Origin: Candidatus Bathyarchaeia archaeon
Lineage (GTDB): Archaea > Thermoproteota > CALKCG01 > B24
NCBI GenBank assembly: GCA_038870975.1
Contig: JAVZJD010000001.1
Location: 192,001 to 256,000, forward strand
DNA: 64,000 bases
Reading direction: 5' to 3'
Part shown: one piece after another, positions 9,956 to 20,229 of the stretch
Numbering within the stretch: position 1 is the first letter of the stretch
How the letters are laid out: every line of letters starts with the position of its first letter
The notes under the pieces: generated by a model
Databases searched by the model: none
What the model was told of the DNA's origin: nothing
The model's input: the letters and a program-made list of their open reading frames with translations, nothing else
Made by a program: the position numbers and the translations under genes

Positions 9956-11169
9956 ATCCATACATATTATTAGACTTCGTTAGATTATCGTTAAAGGCTT
10001 TAAGTGAGAGAAGGGCAAGGGCTCTTCTAACTACAGTTGGCATCTCTATAGGTCCCCTAGTGTTGGTCATGATGAGTTCCGTTGTAGGAGGGTATTCAGA
10101 CTACATAGTTGAAAGAGTGACATCCCTTGGACAGAATGCGATAGCTATTTTTCCAAGCGAGAATTATAAGTTGGGTGATGAAGAGTTGCAATTCATAAGG
10201 TCCATACCAGAGGTTGCGCGAGCAGAGCCGTTTTATTCGACTCAAGGAATCCTTAAAAGAGGTACTGAAGAAGTGAGGGTTTCAATTTTCGCCATAGATT
10301 ATACATTGCTCTTTGAGGCAATTGGAAGCCTGAAGATAAGCGAGGGGAAAATTCCACCTGAGACTGAGGTACTGTATTGTATAGTCGGCAGGAAAATAGC
10401 ATTCAAAGATAGTGGTGAACAATATTTCACATTGGACGATGTTCTAACGGTAGACATTCCGAAAATAGAAGGTGGAAAGATAACTGGTAAGAAGAGTCTA
10501 AACATGGTTATAGGTGCAATCTTGGAAGAGTATGGCGGAGCATTGATAGCCGACCCCGATTCAACAATCTTTATAAGCCAAGAGGCTGGTAGAAGACTGC
10601 TCGGCATGAAGGATTGGTCGGGAATCTTTGTACTCGCCAGAGACCCGTCGTTTGTTAAGTCGATCGTCTCAACATTAAGAAATAAGTATGAGGATAAGTT
10701 GCGAGTTATAGCATTCAGCGCAATTGCCGAAACAATATCTAGTGTAACTGGTGCGATAAATTTCATAAACTTTTCAACATCACTCTCCGCTTTCGCCGTT
10801 GCAATAGCAGGCACTGCGGCTACGATGATAACGGCTGTCATGGAGAGGACCCGAGAGATAGGTGTGATGAAGGCCATAGGTTATACGAATGGTCAAATCT
10901 TACTCATGATACTCTTAGAGTCAATAATGATGAGTTTAATCGGAGGAATTGTTGGCATCTCTTTGGGAGTACTCGGTGCGCATATCCTATCTTCCAGAGG
11001 GTTTATTATAAGAGGAATAGGATTGACATTCGTAGTAAATCCAAAAATAACTTCAGAATTAATCGCACAGACGCTACTACTAACGGTTGCAGTGGGTTTA
11101 ACTGGAGGAGCCCTACCTGCATATAGAGCATCTAAAATACCACCTATCGTTGCTTTAAGATACGAGTAG
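9952..11169 (+). CDS. ABC transporter permease (MacB/FtsX family)
   Basis: ERTREIGVMKAIG, PAYRASKIPPIVALRYE; ATGA overlap with upstream gene. Confidence 0.93.
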   Translation: MNPYILLDFVRLSLKALSERRARALLTTVGISIGPLVLVMMSSVVGGYSDYIVERVTSLGQNAIAIFPSENYKLGDEELQFIRSIPEVARAEPFYSTQGILKRGTEEVRVSIFAIDYTLLFEAIGSLKISEGKIPPETEVLYCIVGRKIAFKDSGEQYFTLDDVLTVDIPKIEGGKITGKKSLNMVIGAILEEYGGALIADPDSTIFISQEAGRRLLGMKDWSGIFVLARDPSFVKSIVSTLRNKYEDKLRVIAFSAIAETISSVTGAINFINFSTSLSAFAVAIAGTAATMITAVMERTREIGVMKAIGYTNGQILLMILLESIMMSLIGGIVGISLGVLGAHILSSRGFIIRGIGLTFVVNPKITSELIAQTLLLTVAVGLTGGALPAYRASKIPPIVALRYE

Positions 11170-11244
11170 AATTCTGGTAAATTAAAGAGTTATTTTAAAG
11201 AGAAAATGAATGGAGGTATTGTCTTGTTTAAATGCCAACACCTA

Positions 11245-12336
11245 TTAAACGTCGTATCTCCTTATCCATTCCCTCTTCTTCTTTAAATAGTAAAGATATG
11301 TTTGATACGAGACTTCCGGTGGACATCTATGGTCCACCATTGGTATATAGCCCCCCTCTTTAAGCAGCGGTGTGAGCCTTTCAAGTTCTTTGTCTATAGC
11401 ATTGCCTCCTGCTATTAAAGCCATTTTATTTACACCACCCATGAGTAGAATTCTATGCCCGTATTCTTCTCTAAGCTCATGTATATTCGTGCAACGCGCC
11501 TCCAAAGGAAACATGCAGTTTATTCCTCCTTTAAGCCACCCGGGAACGAGACGGGTTATATCTCCATCGCAATCAACTATGTTAATTGTAACTCCATACT
11601 CTTTAAGAACATCCGTCACTTTCTTGTATCTTGGAACCATAAATTCTTCAAAATGGCGGACCGATATCAATGGACCCTTATTGTAACACATATCTTCCCA
11701 CCAGGTTGCAAAGTCTACTTTAACGGTTCGTAAAGCTCTTCTAATAACAGCTATCCATAGATTGACTAAGGTATCCATCATCTCGGCAACCCAGTCTGGG
11801 TCTTTGTAAAAAGCGATAGATATCCCCTGGACGCCCATTAGATTTCTAAGCCATCCGTATAGACTGCCGATGCTAATTCCTAGTGGAGCTTCACGCTCTT
11901 TATACGTAGCCGCTATTTCATCCCAGTTTAGCGGGAAACGACCTGGCGTATTCGGGTCGAAGAATGGCTTTAGTTTCTCCCAATCATCCCTGGTTTTTAG
12001 AGGATATTTAATGTAATGGGGTGGAGAGGATGTACTTTTTGTAGCTAAGTATATGCCTCCCATTCCATCGTCAACTAAAACTCTGTCCTTTTCCTCTTTG
12101 ATTATCCTGCTCGGTAGAGGAGGCCAAAATCCCGTTACTACTGGTAGCATATCTATGCAATCCCATCCTTCAAGTCCAAGATACAGTTCAACGTCTCTAT
12201 TGGTTTTCACTTCAAATGGAAGACCTTCTCTATGCCATCTATCGATTGTTTCATTCCAATAACCGAACTCGTAATCTGGAACTCTATCGACTTCTTTAAA
12301 CTGGAAAACCCTATGAAAACGCTCTAAGTGGTTCAA
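11245..12336 (-). CDS. uroporphyrinogen decarboxylase (URO-D/MtaA-like) family protein
   Basis: ERF..VF.F.EVDRVP, WEDMCY..GPLIS, DCDG, MGGVNK, GGYIPMVDH. Confidence 0.82.
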   Translation of the reverse strand: MNHLERFHRVFQFKEVDRVPDYEFGYWNETIDRWHREGLPFEVKTNRDVELYLGLEGWDCIDMLPVVTGFWPPLPSRIIKEEKDRVLVDDGMGGIYLATKSTSSPPHYIKYPLKTRDDWEKLKPFFDPNTPGRFPLNWDEIAATYKEREAPLGISIGSLYGWLRNLMGVQGISIAFYKDPDWVAEMMDTLVNLWIAVIRRALRTVKVDFATWWEDMCYNKGPLISVRHFEEFMVPRYKKVTDVLKEYGVTINIVDCDGDITRLVPGWLKGGINCMFPLEARCTNIHELREEYGHRILLMGGVNKMALIAGGNAIDKELERLTPLLKEGGYIPMVDHRCPPEVSYQTYLYYLKKKREWIRRYDV

Positions 12337-12479
12337 GGGTCACACCATTATAATGACTGTTAGGAAAAGCTAATAAAATCTACTCCAAATCTTAAAGAGA
12401 ATATAACTGAAAATAAAATGTTATATACATAAGTAGAAAAGTATTTAAATAAGAGGAGGATCTGCTTTTACTGAGCTCC

Positions 12480-14819
12480 ATGATGAGGGCGAGGGATGAA
12501 TCGCTAATCGCCATGTTGGTCTTAATAGGTGTAACGCTCTATATAGGGTCTCAACTGTTCTCTGTTAAAGTTCAATGTGCGCCATACTATACAGTTTACG
12601 GTATAGTTGTGGATGAAGCTGGAGTGAAGCTAAGTGGTGTTTTAGTTCAAGTCTATAGTTCAAGCGGAGCATTCATTGACCAGAGTTCCACAGATTCAGA
12701 TGGGTATTTTGCATTGATGTTAGAAAGCGGTCAGCAGTATAAACTCTGTTTTTCAAAAGCAGGTTATGCCAAGGTTGAAAAAACCATCAATGTTGTAGGT
12801 AATATGAACGTGAGCACCATTACTCTACCCAGAGCCTTAAAATTGTACTGCTCGGCCCTAAGATTGGTGGTGAGTTTAGGCAGTAAAATCACCATCCCAT
12901 TCACGGTAAGCAATGAAGGAGATACCCTTGAAACAGTGGAGTTCATCGTGTATAAACCTAGCGACTGGTCTGCGAGGATTTTAGATCAGTATAACCACGA
13001 GATTACAGATATTTATCTACCACCCTCTAGTAAGCAGAATCTCCAGCTGGAGTTATGTACTCCTTCGACGGCATCTGTAGATACGGAGTATGGCATAGCG
13101 TTAGCAGCTATTGGAACGTTAAAATGTTATTTAACAATAACGGTATACGTCAAGCCGCCTGTTACAGTCTCTGGTAGACTGGTAGATGAAATGGGTAATG
13201 CTGTGGAAAATGCAATAGTAGACGTATATTCTTCCGATGGTTTCCTCGTTAAAAGCGCGACCAGTGGGATGGCTGGATATTTTACAATTGAATTAGGGTC
13301 ATCTAATAGCTACATGCTTTATTTCTCAAAACCAGGCTATGTTAAATATACCAAAAGCATCATGCTGGGGGATGAAAACTTAGATTTAGGCGAAATAGTA
13401 CTACAGAGGAAAATACAATTGTACAGTTCTACTCTAGAGCTAACAGTCGAACCTGGTAGGAGGCTATCCATTCCATTTACGATTAAAAACAGTGGAGAAG
13501 ATTATGAAACAGTGAAACTTTCAACGGAAAACCCTGAAGATTGGATTATACGAACCTTAACTCAGAATAATAGAGAAGCCTCAAGGTTTATATTGTCACC
13601 CAAAGAAAATTTGAATCTCCAACTTGAAGTTACAGTACCGTCTACCGTTTCTATTGGAGAATATACACTTAGATTAATAGCCACCAATTCAATAAATTCC
13701 TCGCTAGAGTTCAAAGTTAAAATACAACCTCTAAGTGAAAACATTGTATTCTGCCAGTTTCCAGGAAAAACTGTCACGCCTGGGAATACCGCTAAATTTC
13801 AAGTGAAGATCAAGAACCCTACAGATGTGGAGCAGAGGTTCAGCATTTCCATTAATCCACGACCGCCAGGTTGGGGGATATCAGTTAAAAGCAGTAGCGG
13901 TGAAGCCATATCAGATATAATGTTGGATGGCGGTGGCTCCGCTGACTTAATTGTTGAAGTATCAACACCTTCAAACGTAAACGACGGAGAATACAACTTC
14001 CTATTCACAGCTAAATCTCAAACTATATCCGGAGAACTGCTTATACGGTTAATAGTAGAAAGACCAAAACCATGCATCGAGTTAACGGCAGTACCACCCT
14101 ATCTTGACGTTTATGCGGGATCTAGCGCCCGATTTAAGATTAAAGTATCCAATACTGGAGGATATGACCAGCTACTGAATCTCACTGCTGAAGAAATACC
14201 TGATGGTTTAAGGGTTTGGTTTGAAGACGCAAATAAACAGGAGATTACGAGAATATATGTTGAAACTGGTAGCTCGAAAGAATTCTACGTAGCTGTTTCC
14301 ACACCCAAGGAGTATAAGTTAGGCCTGTACAGTTTTACAGTCTCAGTAGCCGATCTAAACGTGAGAAGTACAACAGATTTAACTTTAAATGTAATAGGAC
14401 TGTATAGGATCACTATAACCACTACAAACTTTTACACTTCGTTGAGCGTTGGAGGGGAAACGACATTTGATGTTACCGTTAAGAATGCTGGTACCCAAGA
14501 AATTACGAATGTTAGAGTCGTCGCTGTAACTGGAAGCATACCTGATGGATTTACTGTTGATGTTACGCCCAGTTATACGTCTTCTCTGAAGGCGGATGAA
14601 GACTACACGTTCACCGTAACTATTAAAACGGAGGCGGATGTTAATGCAGGTAATTACTACATCGATTTTAACGTTCTATCGGATCAAGCCGAATCTAAGA
14701 CGTTTACATTGAGGGTTGAAGTTTTCCATGGAACGAGTTGGATCATCTACGGAGGAGCCCTCATCGTGGTTGCTGTAATCGGTTTATTAGTAGTATATAG
14801 GAAGATTGGAAGGAGGTGA
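12480..14819 (+). CDS. membrane-anchored surface protein with repeated carboxypeptidase-regulatory-like and NEW3 domains (COG1470-like)
   Basis: Two internal repeats (G.VVDE.G...VYSS.G...FSK.GY), multiple N.G-type Ig/NEW3 modules, C-terminal TM plus KIGRR. Confidence 0.78.
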   Translation: MMRARDESLIAMLVLIGVTLYIGSQLFSVKVQCAPYYTVYGIVVDEAGVKLSGVLVQVYSSSGAFIDQSSTDSDGYFALMLESGQQYKLCFSKAGYAKVEKTINVVGNMNVSTITLPRALKLYCSALRLVVSLGSKITIPFTVSNEGDTLETVEFIVYKPSDWSARILDQYNHEITDIYLPPSSKQNLQLELCTPSTASVDTEYGIALAAIGTLKCYLTITVYVKPPVTVSGRLVDEMGNAVENAIVDVYSSDGFLVKSATSGMAGYFTIELGSSNSYMLYFSKPGYVKYTKSIMLGDENLDLGEIVLQRKIQLYSSTLELTVEPGRRLSIPFTIKNSGEDYETVKLSTENPEDWIIRTLTQNNREASRFILSPKENLNLQLEVTVPSTVSIGEYTLRLIATNSINSSLEFKVKIQPLSENIVFCQFPGKTVTPGNTAKFQVKIKNPTDVEQRFSISINPRPPGWGISVKSSSGEAISDIMLDGGGSADLIVEVSTPSNVNDGEYNFLFTAKSQTISGELLIRLIVERPKPCIELTAVPPYLDVYAGSSARFKIKVSNTGGYDQLLNLTAEEIPDGLRVWFEDANKQEITRIYVETGSSKEFYVAVSTPKEYKLGLYSFTVSVADLNVRSTTDLTLNVIGLYRITITTTNFYTSLSVGGETTFDVTVKNAGTQEITNVRVVAVTGSIPDGFTVDVTPSYTSSLKADEDYTFTVTIKTEADVNAGNYYIDFNVLSDQAESKTFTLRVEVFHGTSWIIYGGALIVVAVIGLLVVYRKIGRR

Positions 14820-14825
14820 AAACAG

Positions 14826-15770
14826 ATGAGTTATGCGATTGAAACACACGATTTAACGAAGATCTATAAATCTGAGGGGAAGACTGTAGTAGCTGTAGAC
14901 CATTTAAACCTAAAGGTTGAGAGAGGTTTGGTTTTCGGATTACTCGGTCCTAATGGTGCTGGAAAAACAACGCTAATTATGATGTTAACTGGGTTAACCC
15001 TTCCAACGAGTGGCTCGGGTAAAGTCCTCGGATACGACATAGTAAAAGAGTCATTGCAAATAAGGAGGAAAGTTGGGCTACTGCCAGATCCATTCGGCTT
15101 CTATGACCATCTTACGGCTGAGCAAAATCTAGAGTATATTGCGGCATTAAACGATATGCCTAAAGCTGAAAGGAGAAAACGCATTGAAGAAGTATTGACG
15201 ACAGTTGGATTGTATGAGGTTAAGGATAGGAAGGTTGGAGGTTTTTCTAGGGGAATGAAGCAGAGGCTTGGAATAGCTCAAGCTCTAATTAAAGACCCTG
15301 AGCTTTTAATATTCGATGAACCTACCGCTGGATTAGACCCAGAGGGAGCTAGAGCTTTCAGAGAACAGGTTGCTAAACTCAGTAAAGAGGGGAAGACCAT
15401 AATGCTCAGTACGCATCTGCTTTTTGAAGTGGGGCCTCTCTGTAACTTCATAGCTGTAATAAACCAAGGTAGATTGATAGTTCAGGGGAAGGTTAGAGAG
15501 CTCATAGAGAAAATGATGGCTGAAGAGGGCTATAAGATTCGTGTTAAAGTCGCCGGAAGTATACAGCCGCTGATCGCAAGTATAACACAGCTTAATGAAG
15601 TAAGTGAGGTTAAACGTGAAGACGACACAGTACTTATAAGAGCTAGTAGAGATATTAGGTCTGAGATAAGTAAGACTGCGTTAAGTCTTGGATTAGAGAT
15701 TTCAACCCTCCAAATAGAAGAGCCGACATTGGAGGATCTATTTATGAAATATTATAAGGGGGAGGTGTAG
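14826..15770 (+). CDS. ABC transporter ATP-binding protein (ABC-2 type)
   Basis: GPNGAGKTT, FSRGMKQR, FDEPTAGLD, STH. Confidence 0.95.
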   Translation: MSYAIETHDLTKIYKSEGKTVVAVDHLNLKVERGLVFGLLGPNGAGKTTLIMMLTGLTLPTSGSGKVLGYDIVKESLQIRRKVGLLPDPFGFYDHLTAEQNLEYIAALNDMPKAERRKRIEEVLTTVGLYEVKDRKVGGFSRGMKQRLGIAQALIKDPELLIFDEPTAGLDPEGARAFREQVAKLSKEGKTIMLSTHLLFEVGPLCNFIAVINQGRLIVQGKVRELIEKMMAEEGYKIRVKVAGSIQPLIASITQLNEVSEVKREDDTVLIRASRDIRSEISKTALSLGLEISTLQIEEPTLEDLFMKYYKGEV

Positions 15771-15773
15771 AAT

Positions 15774-16712
15774 ATGCCTAGCACACTCACAGTAGCGTTA
15801 AAGGAATTTTCCGATATAGTGAAGGGGAGACGATTCATAGTACTGGTAATCGTCTTCGGTTTACTGCTCACGGTGGCTATAGCATCAGTCTATCTCACAG
15901 TAATGCAGAACATAAACATACCTGGGATTGCCATGCCTCGAGGTTTCTTAGGTAGAGCGGCGTATACACTAATCACGATGATGTCATATTTTGCACCAAT
16001 AATAGGTTTAGCACTTGGTTTCGATGCTATATCGGGTGAGAAGGAGAAGGGTACGTTAAAGATCGTCCTCGCTCAACCTGTATACAGGGATATCGTTATA
16101 AACGGAAAATTCCTTGCAGCCCTTCTAGCAGCTTCTCTGGCAATACTTATAGCGTCTATCGTAAACATAGGAGGCGTTGCGTTTATCCTAGGTGTTACAC
16201 CCACGGGTGAAGAAGTCGCTAGGCTAGTCTTATTCATGGCATTCTCCATACTCTTCGCTATGACGTACTACAGCATAGCAGTATTATTATCGACTATTTC
16301 GAAGAGGACTGCGCAAAGTATGATTATTGGAGTCGTATTGTGGGCAATCTTCACTTTTGTCATACCTATAATAGCCTCCTTAGTCGCCTTCACAATTAGA
16401 CCAATCCGTATTGGCCAAAATATGACTAGAGAGGAGATGCAACGATTTATGGAGGAACTGAGAAGCCGTACAGCTATAACGGAAACTATAAACAGTTTCA
16501 CACCAAACTACCACTTCAGCAGAATCGCATATTACATCCTGAATGTTTATACTGGAGCGGCCATTGGACCTAGAAATCCCATAGAGACTAGGAACATCTC
16601 CATAATGGAGGGGTTAACATTGGCATGGCCTAATATTCTGGTACTAGTGCTGGTTACAGCCATAGCATTCATTGCGTCATACACGATATTTATGCGGCAA
16701 GAAATACGATGA
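15774..16712 (+). CDS. ABC-2 transporter permease (NosY-like)
   Basis: GFDAISGEKEKGTL..LAQPV.R....GK motif; several TM helices. Confidence 0.9.
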   Translation: MPSTLTVALKEFSDIVKGRRFIVLVIVFGLLLTVAIASVYLTVMQNINIPGIAMPRGFLGRAAYTLITMMSYFAPIIGLALGFDAISGEKEKGTLKIVLAQPVYRDIVINGKFLAALLAASLAILIASIVNIGGVAFILGVTPTGEEVARLVLFMAFSILFAMTYYSIAVLLSTISKRTAQSMIIGVVLWAIFTFVIPIIASLVAFTIRPIRIGQNMTREEMQRFMEELRSRTAITETINSFTPNYHFSRIAYYILNVYTGAAIGPRNPIETRNISIMEGLTLAWPNILVLVLVTAIAFIASYTIFMRQEIR

Positions 16713-17128
16713 GGCGGTTGGTCTACCCTTTTTTGCATAATCCTCTACTTCTCGGTGAAATTTTAAGGGGAAAATCCAAGTAACGAGAGGTATTTATTCT
16801 TTTCCTCGAAACAATTATGGATACGGCTTCCACCAAATCTTAATACTGTGGTAAGAATGATACTTAACCCTAATGGTATGATTACCTTCTTAGGACATTA
16901 ATCTACATCTAGACTTGATGCTCCAGAGAACCCAGTTTGAACTGGGGAGTGTAGAATCATTAACCAACTAACCGCTTATACGCTATAAACATCGTATAAC
17001 GACCGTAATCGCGTTTTAATATGCAACGCTTTTTACGTCTATATTCCCGAAAGTATGTAACTCCTTAATTACAGCATACTGCAAATTTATACCTGTTATT
17101 CGAGTATAGATATTGAGGTTGAAAACCG

Positions 17129-18202
17129 ATGGGTGAACGCGTAAGATTTGGATATGTGGGTTGCGGCTTTATGGCTCAGAAGGTGCATATTCCAAATTTC
17201 AAAAGTATACCTGAATGCGAATTTCTAGCTATAGCGGAAATTAGGGAAAAATTAGGGAGGAAAGTTCAAATGAGGTATGGAATTCCACGCTTCTATAGAA
17301 GCCATTTAGAGCTGGCCGACGACCCAGATATAGATGCAGTAGGTGTCTCAGCGCATTTCGCATTGCAGGGTGAAATAGCAAGAGACCTATTAAACGCTGG
17401 GAAGCACGTATTCATGGAGAAACCTATGGCGGTCTCAATCGAACAGGCTGAGAGAATACTTACTACAAGTAAAGCCAAAAAGAGCCGGCTAATGGTTGCC
17501 TATATGAAGCGTTATGATGCTGGAAATGAGCTAGTTAAAAACCTCATATCTAATTTTACCAAGACTAACGAACTTGGAAGAATAATCCTAGTTCGAAACC
17601 ACGGTTTCTGCGGTGAATGGATATGCAACATAGATACACCTATGGAGACGACTGATGAAAAACCACCTGAACCTCCGATTATAAAGCCTAAATGGCTACC
17701 AGATGAATATCTAAATTCATATATAGGCTATCTACAACAGTACACGCATAACGTTAATCTGTTAAGATGGTTCCTCGACGCAGATGATAAAGTAGTCGTA
17801 AAATACGTAGACTTCGATGGAGATGGAATGACTGGCATAGTGATTTTTAACATGAATGGTATAAGAGCAACCATTGAATCTGGTCAAATGTCACACTATC
17901 GATGGGATGAGGTGACTGAAGTATACTTCCAACACGGCTGGATAAAGACTTGGGCACCTCCATTACTACTAAAGAATACTCCAGCTGAAGTAGAGGTGTA
18001 TAAAGCTGGTGGAATCCAAGAGTTTATACGTCCTATACCTAAACCGATGTGGACATGGTCTTATAAACGAGAGGCAGAACACTTCATACATCGTATATTG
18101 AGTGGAGAGCCATTTCGCTCATCCGGCGAAGATGCTCTAATCGATGTTAGAGTTCTTGAGGATATTTACATTTTATATTTGAAGAGTAAAGGAGTACTTT
18201 AG
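17129..18202 (+). CDS. Gfo/Idh/MocA family oxidoreductase
   Basis: VGCGFMA Rossmann motif, GKHVFMEKP, AYMKRYD. Confidence 0.9.
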   Translation: MGERVRFGYVGCGFMAQKVHIPNFKSIPECEFLAIAEIREKLGRKVQMRYGIPRFYRSHLELADDPDIDAVGVSAHFALQGEIARDLLNAGKHVFMEKPMAVSIEQAERILTTSKAKKSRLMVAYMKRYDAGNELVKNLISNFTKTNELGRIILVRNHGFCGEWICNIDTPMETTDEKPPEPPIIKPKWLPDEYLNSYIGYLQQYTHNVNLLRWFLDADDKVVVKYVDFDGDGMTGIVIFNMNGIRATIESGQMSHYRWDEVTEVYFQHGWIKTWAPPLLLKNTPAEVEVYKAGGIQEFIRPIPKPMWTWSYKREAEHFIHRILSGEPFRSSGEDALIDVRVLEDIYILYLKSKGVL

Positions 18203-18456
18203 AGGCGCTTACCCATAATTTATCTTACCTTTTCATGGATTAATAGTCATTTATTTTCCACTTCTGAATTTTCTTGAAAATCCTAATAAATCGTTCATGG
18301 TTTTACGATATCTCCATAGATTATTGTAAATCTCAAAAGCAGAATTTTTCTAGGCTTAGATATGGTACCTATAGGACATTTTAAGCCGTTTTGTAAAAAA
18401 TCTTCGAAAACCTTAAAAGTGTAAAATTAGATTTTGCTTTTAAAAGTGAGTATGAG

Positions 18457-18948
18457 TTGGGATTAGACTTTATTTTTAGAAATTTTAGACCTCAGGACTT
18501 GGATGCAGTTATGCATATAAATTTAACGTGTCTACCCGAAAACTATACTCCTTCGTTCTACATGAGCCACTATGAAAGCTTTCCAAGAGCTTTCTTTGTC
18601 GCTGAAATAAACAATAGGGTTATAGGCTACGTGATGTCAAGAGTTGAGAGGGGGATGTCCAACCATAAACCGATAAGCATAGTTAAGAAAGGCCATATAA
18701 TCTCTATAGCTGTTCTACCAGAGTATAGACGTAAAGGTGTTGGAAGATCACTTATGATAAACTCTCTGAAAGGACTTAAAGAATATGGCGCTGAGGAATG
18801 TTATCTCGAAGTCCGTGTTTCAAATACGCCAGCCATAAACCTATATAGAAGCTTAAACTTTGAAATTATCCGTGTAATTAAAGGGTATTACTTAAATGGA
18901 GAAGACGCCTACCTTATGAGCAGAAAATTGGACTCATTAGACATTTAA
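18457..18948 (+). CDS. rimI: N-terminal acetyltransferase Ard1/RimI (GNAT)
   Basis: LPENY, GHIISIAV.PEYRRKGVG, YLEVRVSN, YY.NGEDA. Confidence 0.92.
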   Translation: MGLDFIFRNFRPQDLDAVMHINLTCLPENYTPSFYMSHYESFPRAFFVAEINNRVIGYVMSRVERGMSNHKPISIVKKGHIISIAVLPEYRRKGVGRSLMINSLKGLKEYGAEECYLEVRVSNTPAINLYRSLNFEIIRVIKGYYLNGEDAYLMSRKLDSLDI

Positions 18949-19047
18949 CTCTTTTCTCTATCCTAGGTTAAGCGGTTGAAAATTGTTACTATCAATATTT
19001 AAATGAGGAAAATGCTTTTCAGACAGCGAAGGAGAGTATAGGTACAT

Positions 19048-20220
19048 GTGAAACGCAACTGGATAACAGGTGTATATTTAGCTTTTATTTTTTCAAACTT
19101 AGGCTATTCACTATGGTATTCCCTACTCCCCATATACCTTAGAGGGCTTGGATTTGAAGCATGGCAGATAGGCTTTGTGTTTTCCCTTTTGAATTTAGCA
19201 ACGAGTTTATCCTACTTAACGTTAGTCTCATTTTCAGAAATTGTTGGTAGAGGGAGAACACTTATCATAGGCTTCGGTATGTCAGCTGCAGTACTACTAG
19301 TATTGGCATTTATAAAAAATCCATTCTGCATAGTTGCTTTGATTATCTTATACAGTCTCCTAGGGGGTTTGAAGACGCCGGTGGGTGAAGCAACTATAGC
19401 AGACATGGGTAGAAGTTTAGGATTCTCGCTATCAATATTCTACCTAGCGACTACGGCAGCAAGTATAGTTGGTTCTGCTCTTTCAGGCTATCTGGCTATG
19501 TCTTTGGGTTTTTCGATGCTTTTCATAATAGCAGGGGTTTTAACGGTTTTCTCAGTGACATTTATAGTTTTCACGTATGATTACTCTAAGAGATACTCTA
19601 AAATATCAAGCCAAACTCTAAAAAGGTCCTTTGAAAACATAAGATTAATGCTCTCAGATAAAACCATGGTGAATTTTACTACTGCTTTGATTTTCCATAG
19701 TTTAGGTTTCTCCATGATAAATCCGTTGGTTCAGCTTTACGCTAAGGAGGTTTTAAACTTCGACGAGCAGAGTATAGGTATAGTAATGGCTATGTGGAAT
19801 ATGGGGCTTTTACTAGCACAAATACCATCAGGTGGACTTACAGACAGATTCGGAGGGATGGCAATGTTAGCTGCACATATAACTCTTTCATCTGCCTCTT
19901 GGATTTTCTACTGTCTATCGAAGACATGGGGTGAGACCATATTTTCAGCTTTCATACTTGGAGTTGTAGGGGCTTTAGATATGCCTGCTAGAAGAAGTGT
20001 AATAGTTCAGCTCAAGAGACATATTGACTCCGCCTCTATCATAGGATATATAGATGCTCTAACAAATTTGACTTTCACATTGGGCTCATCTTTGGGGGGA
20101 GTACTATGGAGCACTTTGGGGTATAGCATGCCATTCATAGTAGGATCGGTTGTAAATATGTTTGCTTTAATCCCACTCATAACTCTTATCTCATCGAGAA
20201 GAGAATACTCTAGTATTTAG
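19048..20220 (+). CDS. MFS transporter
   Basis: About 12 hydrophobic segments, G.LTDRFG motif. Confidence 0.88.
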   Translation: MKRNWITGVYLAFIFSNLGYSLWYSLLPIYLRGLGFEAWQIGFVFSLLNLATSLSYLTLVSFSEIVGRGRTLIIGFGMSAAVLLVLAFIKNPFCIVALIILYSLLGGLKTPVGEATIADMGRSLGFSLSIFYLATTAASIVGSALSGYLAMSLGFSMLFIIAGVLTVFSVTFIVFTYDYSKRYSKISSQTLKRSFENIRLMLSDKTMVNFTTALIFHSLGFSMINPLVQLYAKEVLNFDEQSIGIVMAMWNMGLLLAQIPSGGLTDRFGGMAMLAAHITLSSASWIFYCLSKTWGETIFSAFILGVVGALDMPARRSVIVQLKRHIDSASIIGYIDALTNLTFTLGSSLGGVLWSTLGYSMPFIVGSVVNMFALIPLITLISSRREYSSI

Positions 20221-20229
20221 GGGACTGGT

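Noticed and set aside
16931-16946. CCCAGTT-TG-AACTGGG hairpin in a 416-bp intergenic region
   Set aside because: Isolated short repeat with no C/D or H/ACA boxes, U-tract or second copy
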